Assembly: GCA_963748825.1 (NCBI GenBank)
Contig: CAVVKN010000009.1
Coordinates: forward strand, 247,471-311,470
DNA from: Methanotrichaceae archaeon
Lineage (GTDB): Archaea; Halobacteriota; Methanosarcinia; Methanotrichales; Methanotrichaceae
Direction: 5' to 3'
Length of the DNA stretch: 64,000 nucleotides
Made by a program: the position numbers and the translations under genes. Under the pieces are notes generated by a model that saw only the letters and a list, made by a program, of their open reading frames with translations, searched no databases and was not told the DNA's origin. Shown here piece after piece: positions 29,631 through 39,194 of the stretch (position 1 is its first letter; every line of letters begins with the position of its first letter).

Positions 29631-30629
29631 ATGAACCGTGGCGAAGTCCAGGAGTACATAGAAGAGCGGTATCCAGGTTTCACTATAGAGTGTAAAAAAA
29701 CAATCCCCTGCCGAAACTCCCATATCTTTATGCTGGACCTCTGCAAGGGGCAAATCAGGGACAGGATCGTGGTCAAGATCTCTCGCAACTATCAGCCCCG
29801 CGAAGTAGCTCTTGAGTTTGCCAACCTTTCACGCTTATACTACGACTGCAAAGATGGGGCGGTCTCCTCTCCCCAGCCCCTATTTGTAGAGGCGGAGAAA
29901 GGAATCCTGGCTATGAGCCATGTGCAAGGCGTAAATCTTGCTCATATGCTGCATGAGATCAGGCCGGTGAGCCTGCAATACCTTAACAGCGCTGTAGATC
30001 TTTCTGCAATTGCCCTGGCAAAATTCCATACACTCTTTCGTCGGGGGGACAATGAGTCGGTCAAAATCGACACCAACGCGCCCGAGGACGACATCAACCA
30101 GTTCCTCGCCGAAAGCCAAGAGCGAATGAGCGAGTGTAACCTCAAAACCATGGTCACGCCTTTCTTCGATTTCACACCCTGGAACATCATCATCAAAAAT
30201 GATGGCATCAAAAATGGTCTATCGAAAAGAAGCATGATGCTTTATCTCATCGACTTTCCCAGGCTTGATTATGTCTGTACTCCCCATCTGGATTTAGCCC
30301 GGTTCAGATTCGGTCTGGAGCTAATCAAGCAGTTTCCCCCGGCCAAATTCTTTGGCCTAAACCGCTGGGATGTAGAATCTCTGTTCGATCGGTTTTTGAG
30401 CAGCTATTGTCGCGAGATGCATGTTGCTTTGAGCCAGGACGACCTCTGGCTCATTGCTCGCGCCAGGAAGGCCAACATAAGAAGGGCCCAGGATCTGACG
30501 CGCAAAGGCCGGTGCGGCTTGCAGCCCAAGCTGGAGCAGGCATATCTTCAAACCTTCAGCCGGCAGTGGCTGGATCAGGGAGATGTCTTTTCGAAGTGGC
30601 CGAGAATGGGCCGGGCGGAGAAAGCCTGA
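29631..30629 (+). CDS. Protein-kinase-like (APH/phosphotransferase-like) protein
   Basis: IVVK Lys strand, EF..L helix, catalytic-loop-like FFDFTPWNII, LIDF and DLARF. Confidence 0.6.
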   Translation: MNRGEVQEYIEERYPGFTIECKKTIPCRNSHIFMLDLCKGQIRDRIVVKISRNYQPREVALEFANLSRLYYDCKDGAVSSPQPLFVEAEKGILAMSHVQGVNLAHMLHEIRPVSLQYLNSAVDLSAIALAKFHTLFRRGDNESVKIDTNAPEDDINQFLAESQERMSECNLKTMVTPFFDFTPWNIIIKNDGIKNGLSKRSMMLYLIDFPRLDYVCTPHLDLARFRFGLELIKQFPPAKFFGLNRWDVESLFDRFLSSYCREMHVALSQDDLWLIARARKANIRRAQDLTRKGRCGLQPKLEQAYLQTFSRQWLDQGDVFSKWPRMGRAEKA

Positions 30630-30641
30630 AAAAATGAGATT

Positions 30642-31253
30642 CTATTCAGTTTTCTCCTCTTTTGGCACCTCAGGCTCTTCCTCTGGCACCTCAGGCTCTT
30701 CCTTCTTAGCTTGCTTCTTGGGGCCTTTGCCCATAGCCACCAGGGACGCCTTGGCCTGAATTCTGGCCAGTGGATAATCGCCCTTGGCTACCTTCTCCAG
30801 GGCTTCTATGGCACGGTTGTCTTTTAGCTCTCCCACGATCCAGGCGGCGCCTGCGCGCACATCTTTATCGGCATCGTCTAGAGCCTGAATCACACGATCG
30901 GAGACCTGTTTTCCATAAGCGGAGATGGCCACCATGGCATTGCTCTTGACCAGATATTCTTCATCTTTGAGGGCCTCGATGAGAGCCTCCAAAGACTCTG
31001 AGGCCTCGCGCTTGGAGAGGAGAATGATGGCGTTAGAGCGCACCAGCATGTGCTTGTCCTTGGTAGCTGCGATTAGCTTCTCTGTGGACCAGCTGGGATC
31101 AGGGAGCACCGCGGGCATGGAAGGCTCCTGTGCACCACAGGTAGGACAGGCTTCCTCCACCATAGAACGGGTAACTATGGGGGCTGCCTTGTCCTCGGTT
31201 ATCTTCTCTTCTGTCGAAATTTCATCTTCTTTCTTTTCTACTTCCATGCGCAT
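30642..31253 (-). CDS. HEAT/PBS-lyase repeat protein
   Basis: Repeated LI.AL.D....VR..A...LG units; N-terminal CPTCG; acidic tail with a 21-bp duplication (EEPEVP x2). Confidence 0.8.
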   Translation of the reverse strand: MRMEVEKKEDEISTEEKITEDKAAPIVTRSMVEEACPTCGAQEPSMPAVLPDPSWSTEKLIAATKDKHMLVRSNAIILLSKREASESLEALIEALKDEEYLVKSNAMVAISAYGKQVSDRVIQALDDADKDVRAGAAWIVGELKDNRAIEALEKVAKGDYPLARIQAKASLVAMGKGPKKQAKKEEPEVPEEEPEVPKEEKTE

Positions 31254-31263
31254 TCTTTCGCTT

Positions 31264-31851
31264 CTATTCTACTTCAGCTTTTCCTAAGGCGAATGCTTTC
31301 TTATTCGCTTCCAGGAACCTGGGCGGCACCACAAGGGAAAGAGCCTGAATAATCATCTCCTCAGAGAGTGGAATATGCCCGGCAAGGGCGCCCAGCATTA
31401 CCACATTCATGGCCTGAGCGCTGCCCGCTTTCTCGGCCAGAGCCGTGGCATCCATGGCTATAACCTTGTCACATCGCGCTTTTATGGGGGCGATGATCTC
31501 CGAAAGAGGCGGATAGTCTGCCTTGCCGCAAGTCACGGTAGAAGGCAAGACAGGCCTGGTATTGATCAGTGCTACTCCTTCTGGCGAGAGGAAGTGGGCG
31601 AAGCGCAGGGCTTCCCCCGGCTCTAATGCCACCAGCACATCTGCTCCGCCTGAGGCAACCATGGGAGAAAAGCGGCATCCTATGCGAGTGTGATTGATCA
31701 CGCTGCCGCCTCTCTGAGCCATGCCGTGCGTCTCAGCTCCGCATACAGGTTTTCCGGCTATTACCGCCGCCCTGCCTATCACATCCGAGATCAGTATGAC
31801 TCCCTGGCCGCCCACACCTACGATTACTATGTCGCATTCTGATGTCCTCAT
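31264..31851 (-). CDS. iorB: Indolepyruvate:ferredoxin oxidoreductase beta subunit
   Basis: GVGGQG, ETHGMAQRGGSV and NVVMLGA motifs. Confidence 0.93.
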   Translation of the reverse strand: MRTSECDIVIVGVGGQGVILISDVIGRAAVIAGKPVCGAETHGMAQRGGSVINHTRIGCRFSPMVASGGADVLVALEPGEALRFAHFLSPEGVALINTRPVLPSTVTCGKADYPPLSEIIAPIKARCDKVIAMDATALAEKAGSAQAMNVVMLGALAGHIPLSEEMIIQALSLVVPPRFLEANKKAFALGKAEVE

Positions 31852-33632
31852 CTTGTTACCTCCTTAATGGCGGATGCCGGGCAGATCGCGGCGCATACAC
31901 CGCAGCCGGTGCATAGTGCATTGATCCGGGCCATATCCTTCTCGAATTCTATGGCCGGGCAACCGAAGTCAAGGCAGATCTTGCATCCTTTGCAGTCTGC
32001 TCCCACCAGAAAGGGTTTAGGGCGAGCGCCGCTGCGACGGGCTTTGATGACGCAGGGCTGCCGGGCGATGATCACGGACAGGCCCGGGTATTCCTTAGCC
32101 CTCTGGAAGCTGTCTATTGTCTTATCCAGGTCGTAGGGATCGACCGTCTCCACCAGTCCCGCGCCCAGGGCTTTGGCCAGAGCTTCTATTGAAACCTGGA
32201 CCGTCGCCTCTCCCGTGGCCGTCATGCCCGTGCCCGGATGGGGCTGATGGCCGGTCATGGCTGTAGTGGAGTTGTCGAGAATAGTCACGGTGATCCTGGC
32301 CTTGTTGTAGGCGGCATTGAGAAGGCCGGTCATGCCTCCATGCAGAAAGGTTGAGTCGCCGAGACTACAGCATATGCCTTCATTCTCCCCGCCGAAGCGA
32401 ATGCCGCTGGCCAGAGTGATGCTTGCTCCCATGCACAGGCAAGTGTCCACAGTTCCCATGCCAACCGCCATGGTGTAGCAGCCGATGTCGCTGGGGTAAA
32501 CTGCATTCTTGCCGAAGACCTTTCGCATGGCATAATAGGTGGCCCGGTGGCTGCATCCGGCGCATAGCGAAGGGGGCCGGGGCGGCAGAATGCTCACGGC
32601 TGCATTCTGCAAAGCTAGCTTCTCCGTCTTGCCAAGCATGCGGGCTATGGCATTTCTCACCAGCAAATAGTCCAGTTCACCCTCGCGAGGGATGAATCCC
32701 TCCTTTCCCAGGATCTCCACATTGGGATTGACCTTTCGGGCTAACATCTGCACCTGCTCTTCTACCACCGGCTCCAGCTCTTCTATTACCATTACCCTGG
32801 AGACGTGCTCCAGCATGCGGCTGATCAATTTTTTGGGCAGGGGAGAGGCTCCGATGCAAAGCAATGAGAGGTCTTCATCCAGCTCGAAAATAGCTTCCTT
32901 CGCGTACATTCCTGCGATTCCTGAGGCGATGATTCCTACGTTGCCATGCAGATCGAGCCTGTTCCAGGGCGCGCTTTCCAGCGCCTCCTCGATGGCGGCC
33001 TGTTTGGCCAAAAGCTCGCTATGAAGCGGCCGGGCATGGCTGGGCAGGGCCACTCGTCGCGCAGGATTCTTGACGAACCGGCTCTGTCCGCAGGGGGCCT
33101 TTGCCTGGCCGATCTCTACGTCCGCTCTGGCGTGAGAGACGCGCGTAGTGGGCCTGAGCATGACCGGGATATTGAATTTCTCGGAGAGCTCAAAGGCAAA
33201 AACGGTCATCTCCTTTGCCTCTCCGGGATTCGCTGGATCCAGGCAGGGTATGCCGGCAAACTGGGCATAACGCCTCGAATCCTGCTCATTTTGCGAGGAA
33301 TGGCAGTAGGGATCATCGGCACAGATCACCACCAGTCCCGCGCCCACGCCCAGATAGGCAAGGGTCATGAAGGGATCTGCTGCCACATTCAAGCCCACGT
33401 GCTTCATGGTAGCCGCAGCGCGCCGGCCAGTCCAGGAGGCTCCTGCCGCCACCTCCAGGGCTACTTTCTCGTTCACGGACCATTCCACGTGCGGCGGCCT
33501 CTCACTCTTGACATCGACCAGCGTTTCTATGATCTCTGAGGAGGGGGTGCCGGGGTAGCCGGCGACAAGCCCCACTCCTGCCTCCAGGAGGCCTCTGGCA
33601 ATTGCTGCGTTTCCGAGAAGATATTCTCTCAC
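31848..33632 (-). CDS. iorA: Indolepyruvate:ferredoxin oxidoreductase alpha subunit
   Basis: LLGN.AIARG, YPGTPSSE, NEKVALE, MKHVGLNVAAD, DIGCY, GDSTF.H and a C-terminal 2x[4Fe-4S] domain. GTG start at 33632. Confidence 0.95.
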   Translation of the reverse strand: MREYLLGNAAIARGLLEAGVGLVAGYPGTPSSEIIETLVDVKSERPPHVEWSVNEKVALEVAAGASWTGRRAAATMKHVGLNVAADPFMTLAYLGVGAGLVVICADDPYCHSSQNEQDSRRYAQFAGIPCLDPANPGEAKEMTVFAFELSEKFNIPVMLRPTTRVSHARADVEIGQAKAPCGQSRFVKNPARRVALPSHARPLHSELLAKQAAIEEALESAPWNRLDLHGNVGIIASGIAGMYAKEAIFELDEDLSLLCIGASPLPKKLISRMLEHVSRVMVIEELEPVVEEQVQMLARKVNPNVEILGKEGFIPREGELDYLLVRNAIARMLGKTEKLALQNAAVSILPPRPPSLCAGCSHRATYYAMRKVFGKNAVYPSDIGCYTMAVGMGTVDTCLCMGASITLASGIRFGGENEGICCSLGDSTFLHGGMTGLLNAAYNKARITVTILDNSTTAMTGHQPHPGTGMTATGEATVQVSIEALAKALGAGLVETVDPYDLDKTIDSFQRAKEYPGLSVIIARQPCVIKARRSGARPKPFLVGADCKGCKICLDFGCPAIEFEKDMARINALCTGCGVCAAICPASAIKEVTR

Positions 33633-33732
33633 AAATAACCATCCCTTTAATATAACTGGATTAATGGCCTCTCCACTCTGATAACCATTTGGATACAAAT
33701 CTAATTAAGCCAACACCACTCGCATATTTGCA

Positions 33733-34773
33733 ATGGTAAAGTGGCAAGAAGATTCTGTAGGATCAATTTACAATTACCTGACGCCTGGCTGCCGCATCTG
33801 TCGCCAGGGGGCGAGCCTGGTGCTCTTCGTCACAGGCAAGTGTGAGCGCAGCTGTTTCTACTGTCCGCTGTCCGAGGAGCGGCGGGGTCGCGATCAAGTC
33901 TTTGCCGATGAAATGCCGGTGCAAGAAATATCTGACATCCTGAAGGAAGCTTCTGCCATCGACGCTCTGGGCACAGGAATCACGGGCGGCGAGCCGCTTT
34001 TGAAATTAGACTATGTACTGGAGTGCATACGGTCTTTGAAGGATGCATTGGGGCAGTCGCATCACATCCACCTTTATACTGGTCTTCTTCCTGGTCGCGA
34101 GGTCTTGGAAAGGCTAAAGCAGGCCGGACTGGACGAGATCCGCTTTCATCCTCCTATATCCGAATGGTCTAATCCCTTCGGGCTGAAGGAGGCCCTGCAG
34201 CAGGCAAAAGCCCTGGGCCTGATAGCAGGCGTAGAGATACCTTCCATTAAGCCCGCTCCCGCCATCATCGAGGCGGTAAGGGATGCTGATGCTTTTTTGA
34301 ACGTAAACGAGCTGGAGTTCTCTGAGACCAACTATCCTAGCTTGGCCGAAGCGGGCTTTTTGCCGGAGGATCTGGGCTCTGGAGCCATAGGAAGCGAAGA
34401 GGTCGCCAGGGAGCATTTCCTGAAAGATGACATAAAAGCGCACTTTTGCCCTTCCTGCTTCAAGGATGCAGTGCAGCTTAAAGAGCGACTCTTGCGCCGG
34501 GCAAATCGAACGGCGCGGCCCTTTGATCATGTGAGCGAGGAAGGCACCATAATCCATGGCATAATTGAGGGAGATTTGCAGGCAGCTCTGCAGATTCTTG
34601 GGGACCTGGCGGTTCCGCAAGATATGTACTCCCGCCTGGAAGAGAGGATAGATATCGCCGCCCCCATACTAGAGGATATAACGAACGAGCTGAAAAGCGC
34701 CTCATGTATTCTGAGTATAATTGAGAAGTATCCCTTTGAGGATGGACTGGTCGTAGAGAGAATACCTTTATAA
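33733..34773 (+). CDS. Archaeal radical SAM protein
   Basis: GC..C..G..LVLFVTG.C.RSCFYCPLS, TGGEP, LDEIRFHP and NELEFSETN motifs. Confidence 0.88.
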   Translation: MVKWQEDSVGSIYNYLTPGCRICRQGASLVLFVTGKCERSCFYCPLSEERRGRDQVFADEMPVQEISDILKEASAIDALGTGITGGEPLLKLDYVLECIRSLKDALGQSHHIHLYTGLLPGREVLERLKQAGLDEIRFHPPISEWSNPFGLKEALQQAKALGLIAGVEIPSIKPAPAIIEAVRDADAFLNVNELEFSETNYPSLAEAGFLPEDLGSGAIGSEEVAREHFLKDDIKAHFCPSCFKDAVQLKERLLRRANRTARPFDHVSEEGTIIHGIIEGDLQAALQILGDLAVPQDMYSRLEERIDIAAPILEDITNELKSASCILSIIEKYPFEDGLVVERIPL

Positions 34774-34811
34774 TCCTTAAATTCATTGCTTGAAGGCGGT
34801 GATTTTGCCGG

Positions 34812-35114
34812 ATGGAAAGCGCTGAAGAACGAATCCAGGAGAGGCTCAGAAATTATCTTAAACGGGACGGAATAGGAATTAGGAAGGCTGTCTTAAAGTT
34901 GTTTTTGAGCGATGGAGCTTACACCACTGAGGACGTCTTCACCTACCTCGCGAAAGAGGGTTTTGACGTCAGTTATCGCGGAGTTTCGGCCATGGTGGGG
35001 CTCATGAACACTCGCCTGGGCATTCTGAGCATTGACGTTTCCGGGGACCATAACGTCTATTCCCTCAAGGGGGATCACAAGGGTGTTGTGAGGTCTGTTC
35101 TCGAAAATTATTAA
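34812..35114 (+). CDS. DUF2551-type small wHTH-like archaeal protein
   Basis: RL..YL.RD..GIR..VL and VSAMVGLM.TRLGIL motifs. Confidence 0.75.
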   Translation: MESAEERIQERLRNYLKRDGIGIRKAVLKLFLSDGAYTTEDVFTYLAKEGFDVSYRGVSAMVGLMNTRLGILSIDVSGDHNVYSLKGDHKGVVRSVLENY

Positions 35115-35202
35115 AAGCTGAAATTTATAAAATGTTGACACCATCGGCATAATCACGATATTACTATCGCTTATGCCGCTTGATGCCGATAACGGCGATG
35201 CA

Positions 35203-36705
35203 TCAGTTAGGCGGCTCGCCTCTTTTCATTCTCTTCATGTACTTGCTGAGTACAAGGTCCGCCATCAGGTTTATGCCCTTCAGGGCGGCGTGAACTGCCG
35301 GTCCTGCCGTCATCCTCTCCCGATAGATGCGGTGCAGTTTCTTGAGATGCCGCAGGTTATACTCCAGGCATAATCCAACCAGATGCCAGTGCTCGGGCAG
35401 GGCATCCTCTCTGGCAAAGCCTTTTCTTCCTCCTAGCTTTGTATCGGCGATTGTGGTGAAAAAGAGTGGCAGCATGAGTCCGGTGTAATCCATGAGGGAC
35501 TCCACTAGCTCAGTGGTCTTTATGACATCCTCTGCCGTCTCGTCCGGCAGGCCCAGGACAAGGCTTGCCACAGGCAACCAGGACTCTTCCGCGAAAAGAC
35601 GGTAGCAATCCCTTACAATTTCGGGCCAATTGTCGATCTTCGCGGGCCGCGCTTTATTCGGCATATGCATCTTTAGGATGCGGCAGCTTCCCGTCTCGAT
35701 GCCGATCCAGGCAGACATATGATTCTGAGAAGAGCCCACGCCTACGATCTGCGAGACCTTGCGTAAAAGTTGCTGATTTTGATGAACTGAAGCCAGGCTT
35801 AGATGGGAGACATCAATGGTCTTCGGACGGAGCTGCTTTACGCGGGACACCAGCTCCAGGATCTTCTTTTCATCGGGTTTGCCGTCACGGTAACCGTAGG
35901 AGAAGAAATCCTCGCTGTGCAGGATGATGTCCTTCTGGCCGCTGGCCAGGTTCACCCTAACGTCATCCAGAATTTTATCCATTGGCCGGTGGCGCAAGGT
36001 GCGCATGGCCGGTGAGCAGAAGGCGCAGCCTCGCCAGCAGCCTCTGCCGATCTCCACAATGCCGCCGATGGTAGCTTTGCGATTGACAGGAATTGCCTCT
36101 CCCAAAACCGCTCTGCCCCGGATAACGGGCGGGACACTCTCTCCGCCAATAATCTTTCTGCATATCTCAGGAAAATCGCTTTCCCCTTCGCCAAGGTAAA
36201 TGTGGTCCACGCCCACGTCCTCGCCCATCACCTCCCAGGCGCCGTTGCCACCTACTACTACCTTTGGCCTGTGCTCTCTAATGAGGGGGTGCTTGAGAAG
36301 TTCCAGAAACTTGGTGCGATTGAAGGGCGGTCCCCGGCCGATGATATCCTCGACCTCTCGCATGGCGATCTTCCCCATGGGATCGTCATGAGTTATGCCC
36401 ACGATCTTCGTCTGCGGTCCGATGGCCTTGTCCAGATGATAGGGATGGGCCACCATTACATCCTCTCGGGAGAAGCCTGCTTCCAGCAATGCCGCTTCTA
36501 CCTTTCGCATGCCGCAAGGTGCGATCTCTGCCGAGCCATCCTTTGCGACAGGCACGGGCGGGCAGAAAAATTTATGGAAAATCCAGTCAGGCAAAGTTGC
36601 CCTGGGCATGATGGCGGCAAAGCCGAGCATCACTCCGCCGTGATAGCTGCTCATCATGGTGGTGTCGCTTGTGAGAACGATTCTCTTGCCAGGCATCTGT
36701 GGCAT
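35203..36705 (-). CDS. Radical SAM Fe-S oxidoreductase with B12-binding-like N-terminal domain
   Basis: EIGRGCWRGCAFC, APCGMRKVEA, GIETGS and GLPDET.ED motifs. Confidence 0.85.
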   Translation of the reverse strand: MPQMPGKRIVLTSDTTMMSSYHGGVMLGFAAIMPRATLPDWIFHKFFCPPVPVAKDGSAEIAPCGMRKVEAALLEAGFSREDVMVAHPYHLDKAIGPQTKIVGITHDDPMGKIAMREVEDIIGRGPPFNRTKFLELLKHPLIREHRPKVVVGGNGAWEVMGEDVGVDHIYLGEGESDFPEICRKIIGGESVPPVIRGRAVLGEAIPVNRKATIGGIVEIGRGCWRGCAFCSPAMRTLRHRPMDKILDDVRVNLASGQKDIILHSEDFFSYGYRDGKPDEKKILELVSRVKQLRPKTIDVSHLSLASVHQNQQLLRKVSQIVGVGSSQNHMSAWIGIETGSCRILKMHMPNKARPAKIDNWPEIVRDCYRLFAEESWLPVASLVLGLPDETAEDVIKTTELVESLMDYTGLMLPLFFTTIADTKLGGRKGFAREDALPEHWHLVGLCLEYNLRHLKKLHRIYRERMTAGPAVHAALKGINLMADLVLSKYMKRMKRGEPPN

Positions 36706-36776
36706 AGGTTTTTGTCCATCCCAGTTAAGGCAGATAACGTTGTTGGACAGGAAAAGCCCAACAAGTTTTTATCGGA

Positions 36777-38300
36777 TTGCCGACTTTTGGGAAATTCGTG
36801 CAAGAGAAGTCGTTAGCGGATATCAACGAACGCATTCGCGACGGGAGCGCCCGCGTCGTAACGGCAGAGGAGATGCCTGACATTGTGGACGAGCTGGGCC
36901 TTGCCGGAGCCGTGCGCGAGGTGGATGTAGTAACCACTGGGACCTTTGGAGCCATGTGCTCCTCAGGAGTATTTCTCAATCTGGGCCATAGCGACCCGCC
37001 CATAAAAATTTCTAAAGCTCTACTCAATAAAGTAGAAGCCTACGGCGGTATAGCCGCTGTCGATCTATTCTTAGGCGCGACGCAGCCCTCCGAGGACAGA
37101 GGAATAGAGTACGGCGGAGCGCATGTCATGGAAGATCTCATTTCTGGAAAGCAGATAGAGGTGGACGCCATTGGTGCAAGCACAGACTGCTATCCTCAGA
37201 CGGAGCTGGAGACCAGCCTGCGCCTGGAGGATTTCAATCAGGCCATCATGGTCAATCCGCGCAACGCTTACCAGCGTTACAACGCTGCCATCAATTCCGC
37301 CGACCAGACCATGTATACCTACATGGGCACACTGCTTCCCCGCTTTGGCAATATTCATTACAGCGGATCGGGTATTCTCTCCCCGCTATCCAATGATCCC
37401 AACTTCGATTACATTGGAATCGGTACGCGCATCTTTCTGGCCGGAGCGCAGGGCTACGTCATGGGAGCGGGCACGCAGCATAATCCCCAGAATAACTTCT
37501 CCACGCTCATGGTCACGGGCGACATGAAAAAGATGAATAACCACTTTCTGAGAGCGGCGACATTTCATAAATACGGCCCCAGCCTCTACCTGGGAATAGG
37601 CATTCCCATACCAATCCTCAATGAGAAGCTGGCCAAGAGCACAGCCGTGCGGGATAGAGACATCACCGTTCCTGTGGTGGACTATGGCATCGCTCGCCGG
37701 GATCGGCCCTCGTTGAAGATGGTAAGCTACGAGGATCTGAAGTCGGGAATGATCGATATCAATGGAAAAGAGGTCTCTACGTCCTCACTCTCCAGTTTCC
37801 ATGTGGCCAGGGAAGTGGCCCTCACTTTAAAGCAGCAGGTGGAGAAGGGCGAGTTTCTGCTAAGCTCTGCCGTGGAGCCACTATCACGCGTTGGCAGTTC
37901 CCGGCCCATGAAGCAGACCAAGGAATCGCCAAACGTGGGAGACGTCATGAGTCGCGACGTGGTCACGGTTCGGGAGGACATCGGGGTAGATGAAGCGGCC
38001 AGGCTGATTGTGAGCGGAAGCTTCGATCACCTGCCGGTGATCTCCAGGGATGGACGGCTGATGGGCATAATCACTGCCTGGGATATCTCCAAGGCCGTTG
38101 CAGGTGGCAAATCCTCTCGCATTGGAGATATCATGACCCGGCGAGTTTATTCTGTTAAAGCGGATGAGCCCATCGAACTCGCTGCTCGCACCTTTGATAC
38201 GCACAGCATCTCAGCAATGCCGGTGGTAGACAGAGACAACAAGGTAATTGGAATGATCACCAGCAATCACCTTTCCCGGCTCTTCGCACGGAGGCGATAG
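36777..38300 (+). CDS. L-aspartate semialdehyde sulfurtransferase (homocysteine biosynthesis; COG1900-type domain + CBS pair)
   Basis: VDVVTTGTFG.M.SSG, RNAYQRY and TYMGTLLP motifs, tandem C-terminal CBS domains, and a NIL-ferredoxin partner gene directly downstream. Confidence 0.88.
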   Translation: MPTFGKFVQEKSLADINERIRDGSARVVTAEEMPDIVDELGLAGAVREVDVVTTGTFGAMCSSGVFLNLGHSDPPIKISKALLNKVEAYGGIAAVDLFLGATQPSEDRGIEYGGAHVMEDLISGKQIEVDAIGASTDCYPQTELETSLRLEDFNQAIMVNPRNAYQRYNAAINSADQTMYTYMGTLLPRFGNIHYSGSGILSPLSNDPNFDYIGIGTRIFLAGAQGYVMGAGTQHNPQNNFSTLMVTGDMKKMNNHFLRAATFHKYGPSLYLGIGIPIPILNEKLAKSTAVRDRDITVPVVDYGIARRDRPSLKMVSYEDLKSGMIDINGKEVSTSSLSSFHVAREVALTLKQQVEKGEFLLSSAVEPLSRVGSSRPMKQTKESPNVGDVMSRDVVTVREDIGVDEAARLIVSGSFDHLPVISRDGRLMGIITAWDISKAVAGGKSSRIGDIMTRRVYSVKADEPIELAARTFDTHSISAMPVVDRDNKVIGMITSNHLSRLFARRR

Positions 38301-38303
38301 AAC

Positions 38304-38690
38304 ATGAAACTCATGCTGCATGTAGCTCCCAGCATTGTACGTTATCCTCTCATAGCCTCAGTCATCCTGGAGACGGGTGCTCTGGTGAACATCGAGAGAG
38401 CCAGCATCGATGCTGTGAGCGGAGAGATCGTCCTGGAAGTGCCTTCCGACAAATGCCTGGAGGTAAGGGAGGCATTCGAGAGGCGCGGGGTAAAAGTCGT
38501 GCCCCTGGAGATTCCCGTCATCAGGGATGAGAATGAGTGCGTGCATTGCGGGGCTTGTGTTTCCATTTGCCCAACGAAGACCTTCCGCTTCGAGGATTGG
38601 CGGGTCGTGGCCGACTCCGGCAAGTGCATTCAATGTGGAGCCTGCATCATGGGCTGCCCTCATCGCGCTTTGAAGCTGGTCTTGAAATAG
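38304..38690 (+). CDS. NIL-domain / 4Fe-4S ferredoxin partner of the homocysteine synthase
   Basis: P.I..VI......VNI..A NIL-like pattern plus CVHCGACVSICP and CIQCGACIMGCP. Confidence 0.88.
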   Translation: MKLMLHVAPSIVRYPLIASVILETGALVNIERASIDAVSGEIVLEVPSDKCLEVREAFERRGVKVVPLEIPVIRDENECVHCGACVSICPTKTFRFEDWRVVADSGKCIQCGACIMGCPHRALKLVLK

Positions 38691-39194
38691 ACCTCCAACA
38701 GGCAGGCAAAGGTCGTGAACGTCAAAGCTCTCATTGAGCGCGCGGCCATTTTTTTGGCGAGTTGTTCGGTCGGTCGCCCTTGGCCGGGCCAAGCAGGGCT
38801 TTTCGTAATCAACTGCTCGATTTTATTATTTGTATAAATAAATATTTTGCTTTTAATTGATGTTTATAAGGGTGTAGGGGCACCATATATTATGCCAAAT
38901 TTGTATTATATTAATATTAACTTTTGTGTGTTATGTTAATTTACTCCCTAAAGAAATCGGAGATTATATAAGTACGGACTGTTAATACTGATGAAATAGT
39001 CAGCTGTCATATTTAATGGCTTGTGGGGTAATGGATGTTGTCCGATACCGATAGTCTTGCAAAAAGGAACGATCCGGGGCGCATTTCAAGCATAGATCTC
39101 CGCCCGAATTTCTTGGACACCTTTATCCTGACCGGATTATTGAAATCTCCAGGTTTTCTCTCTTTTGCATCGATTTTCAAGAGGTGCGGATAAA

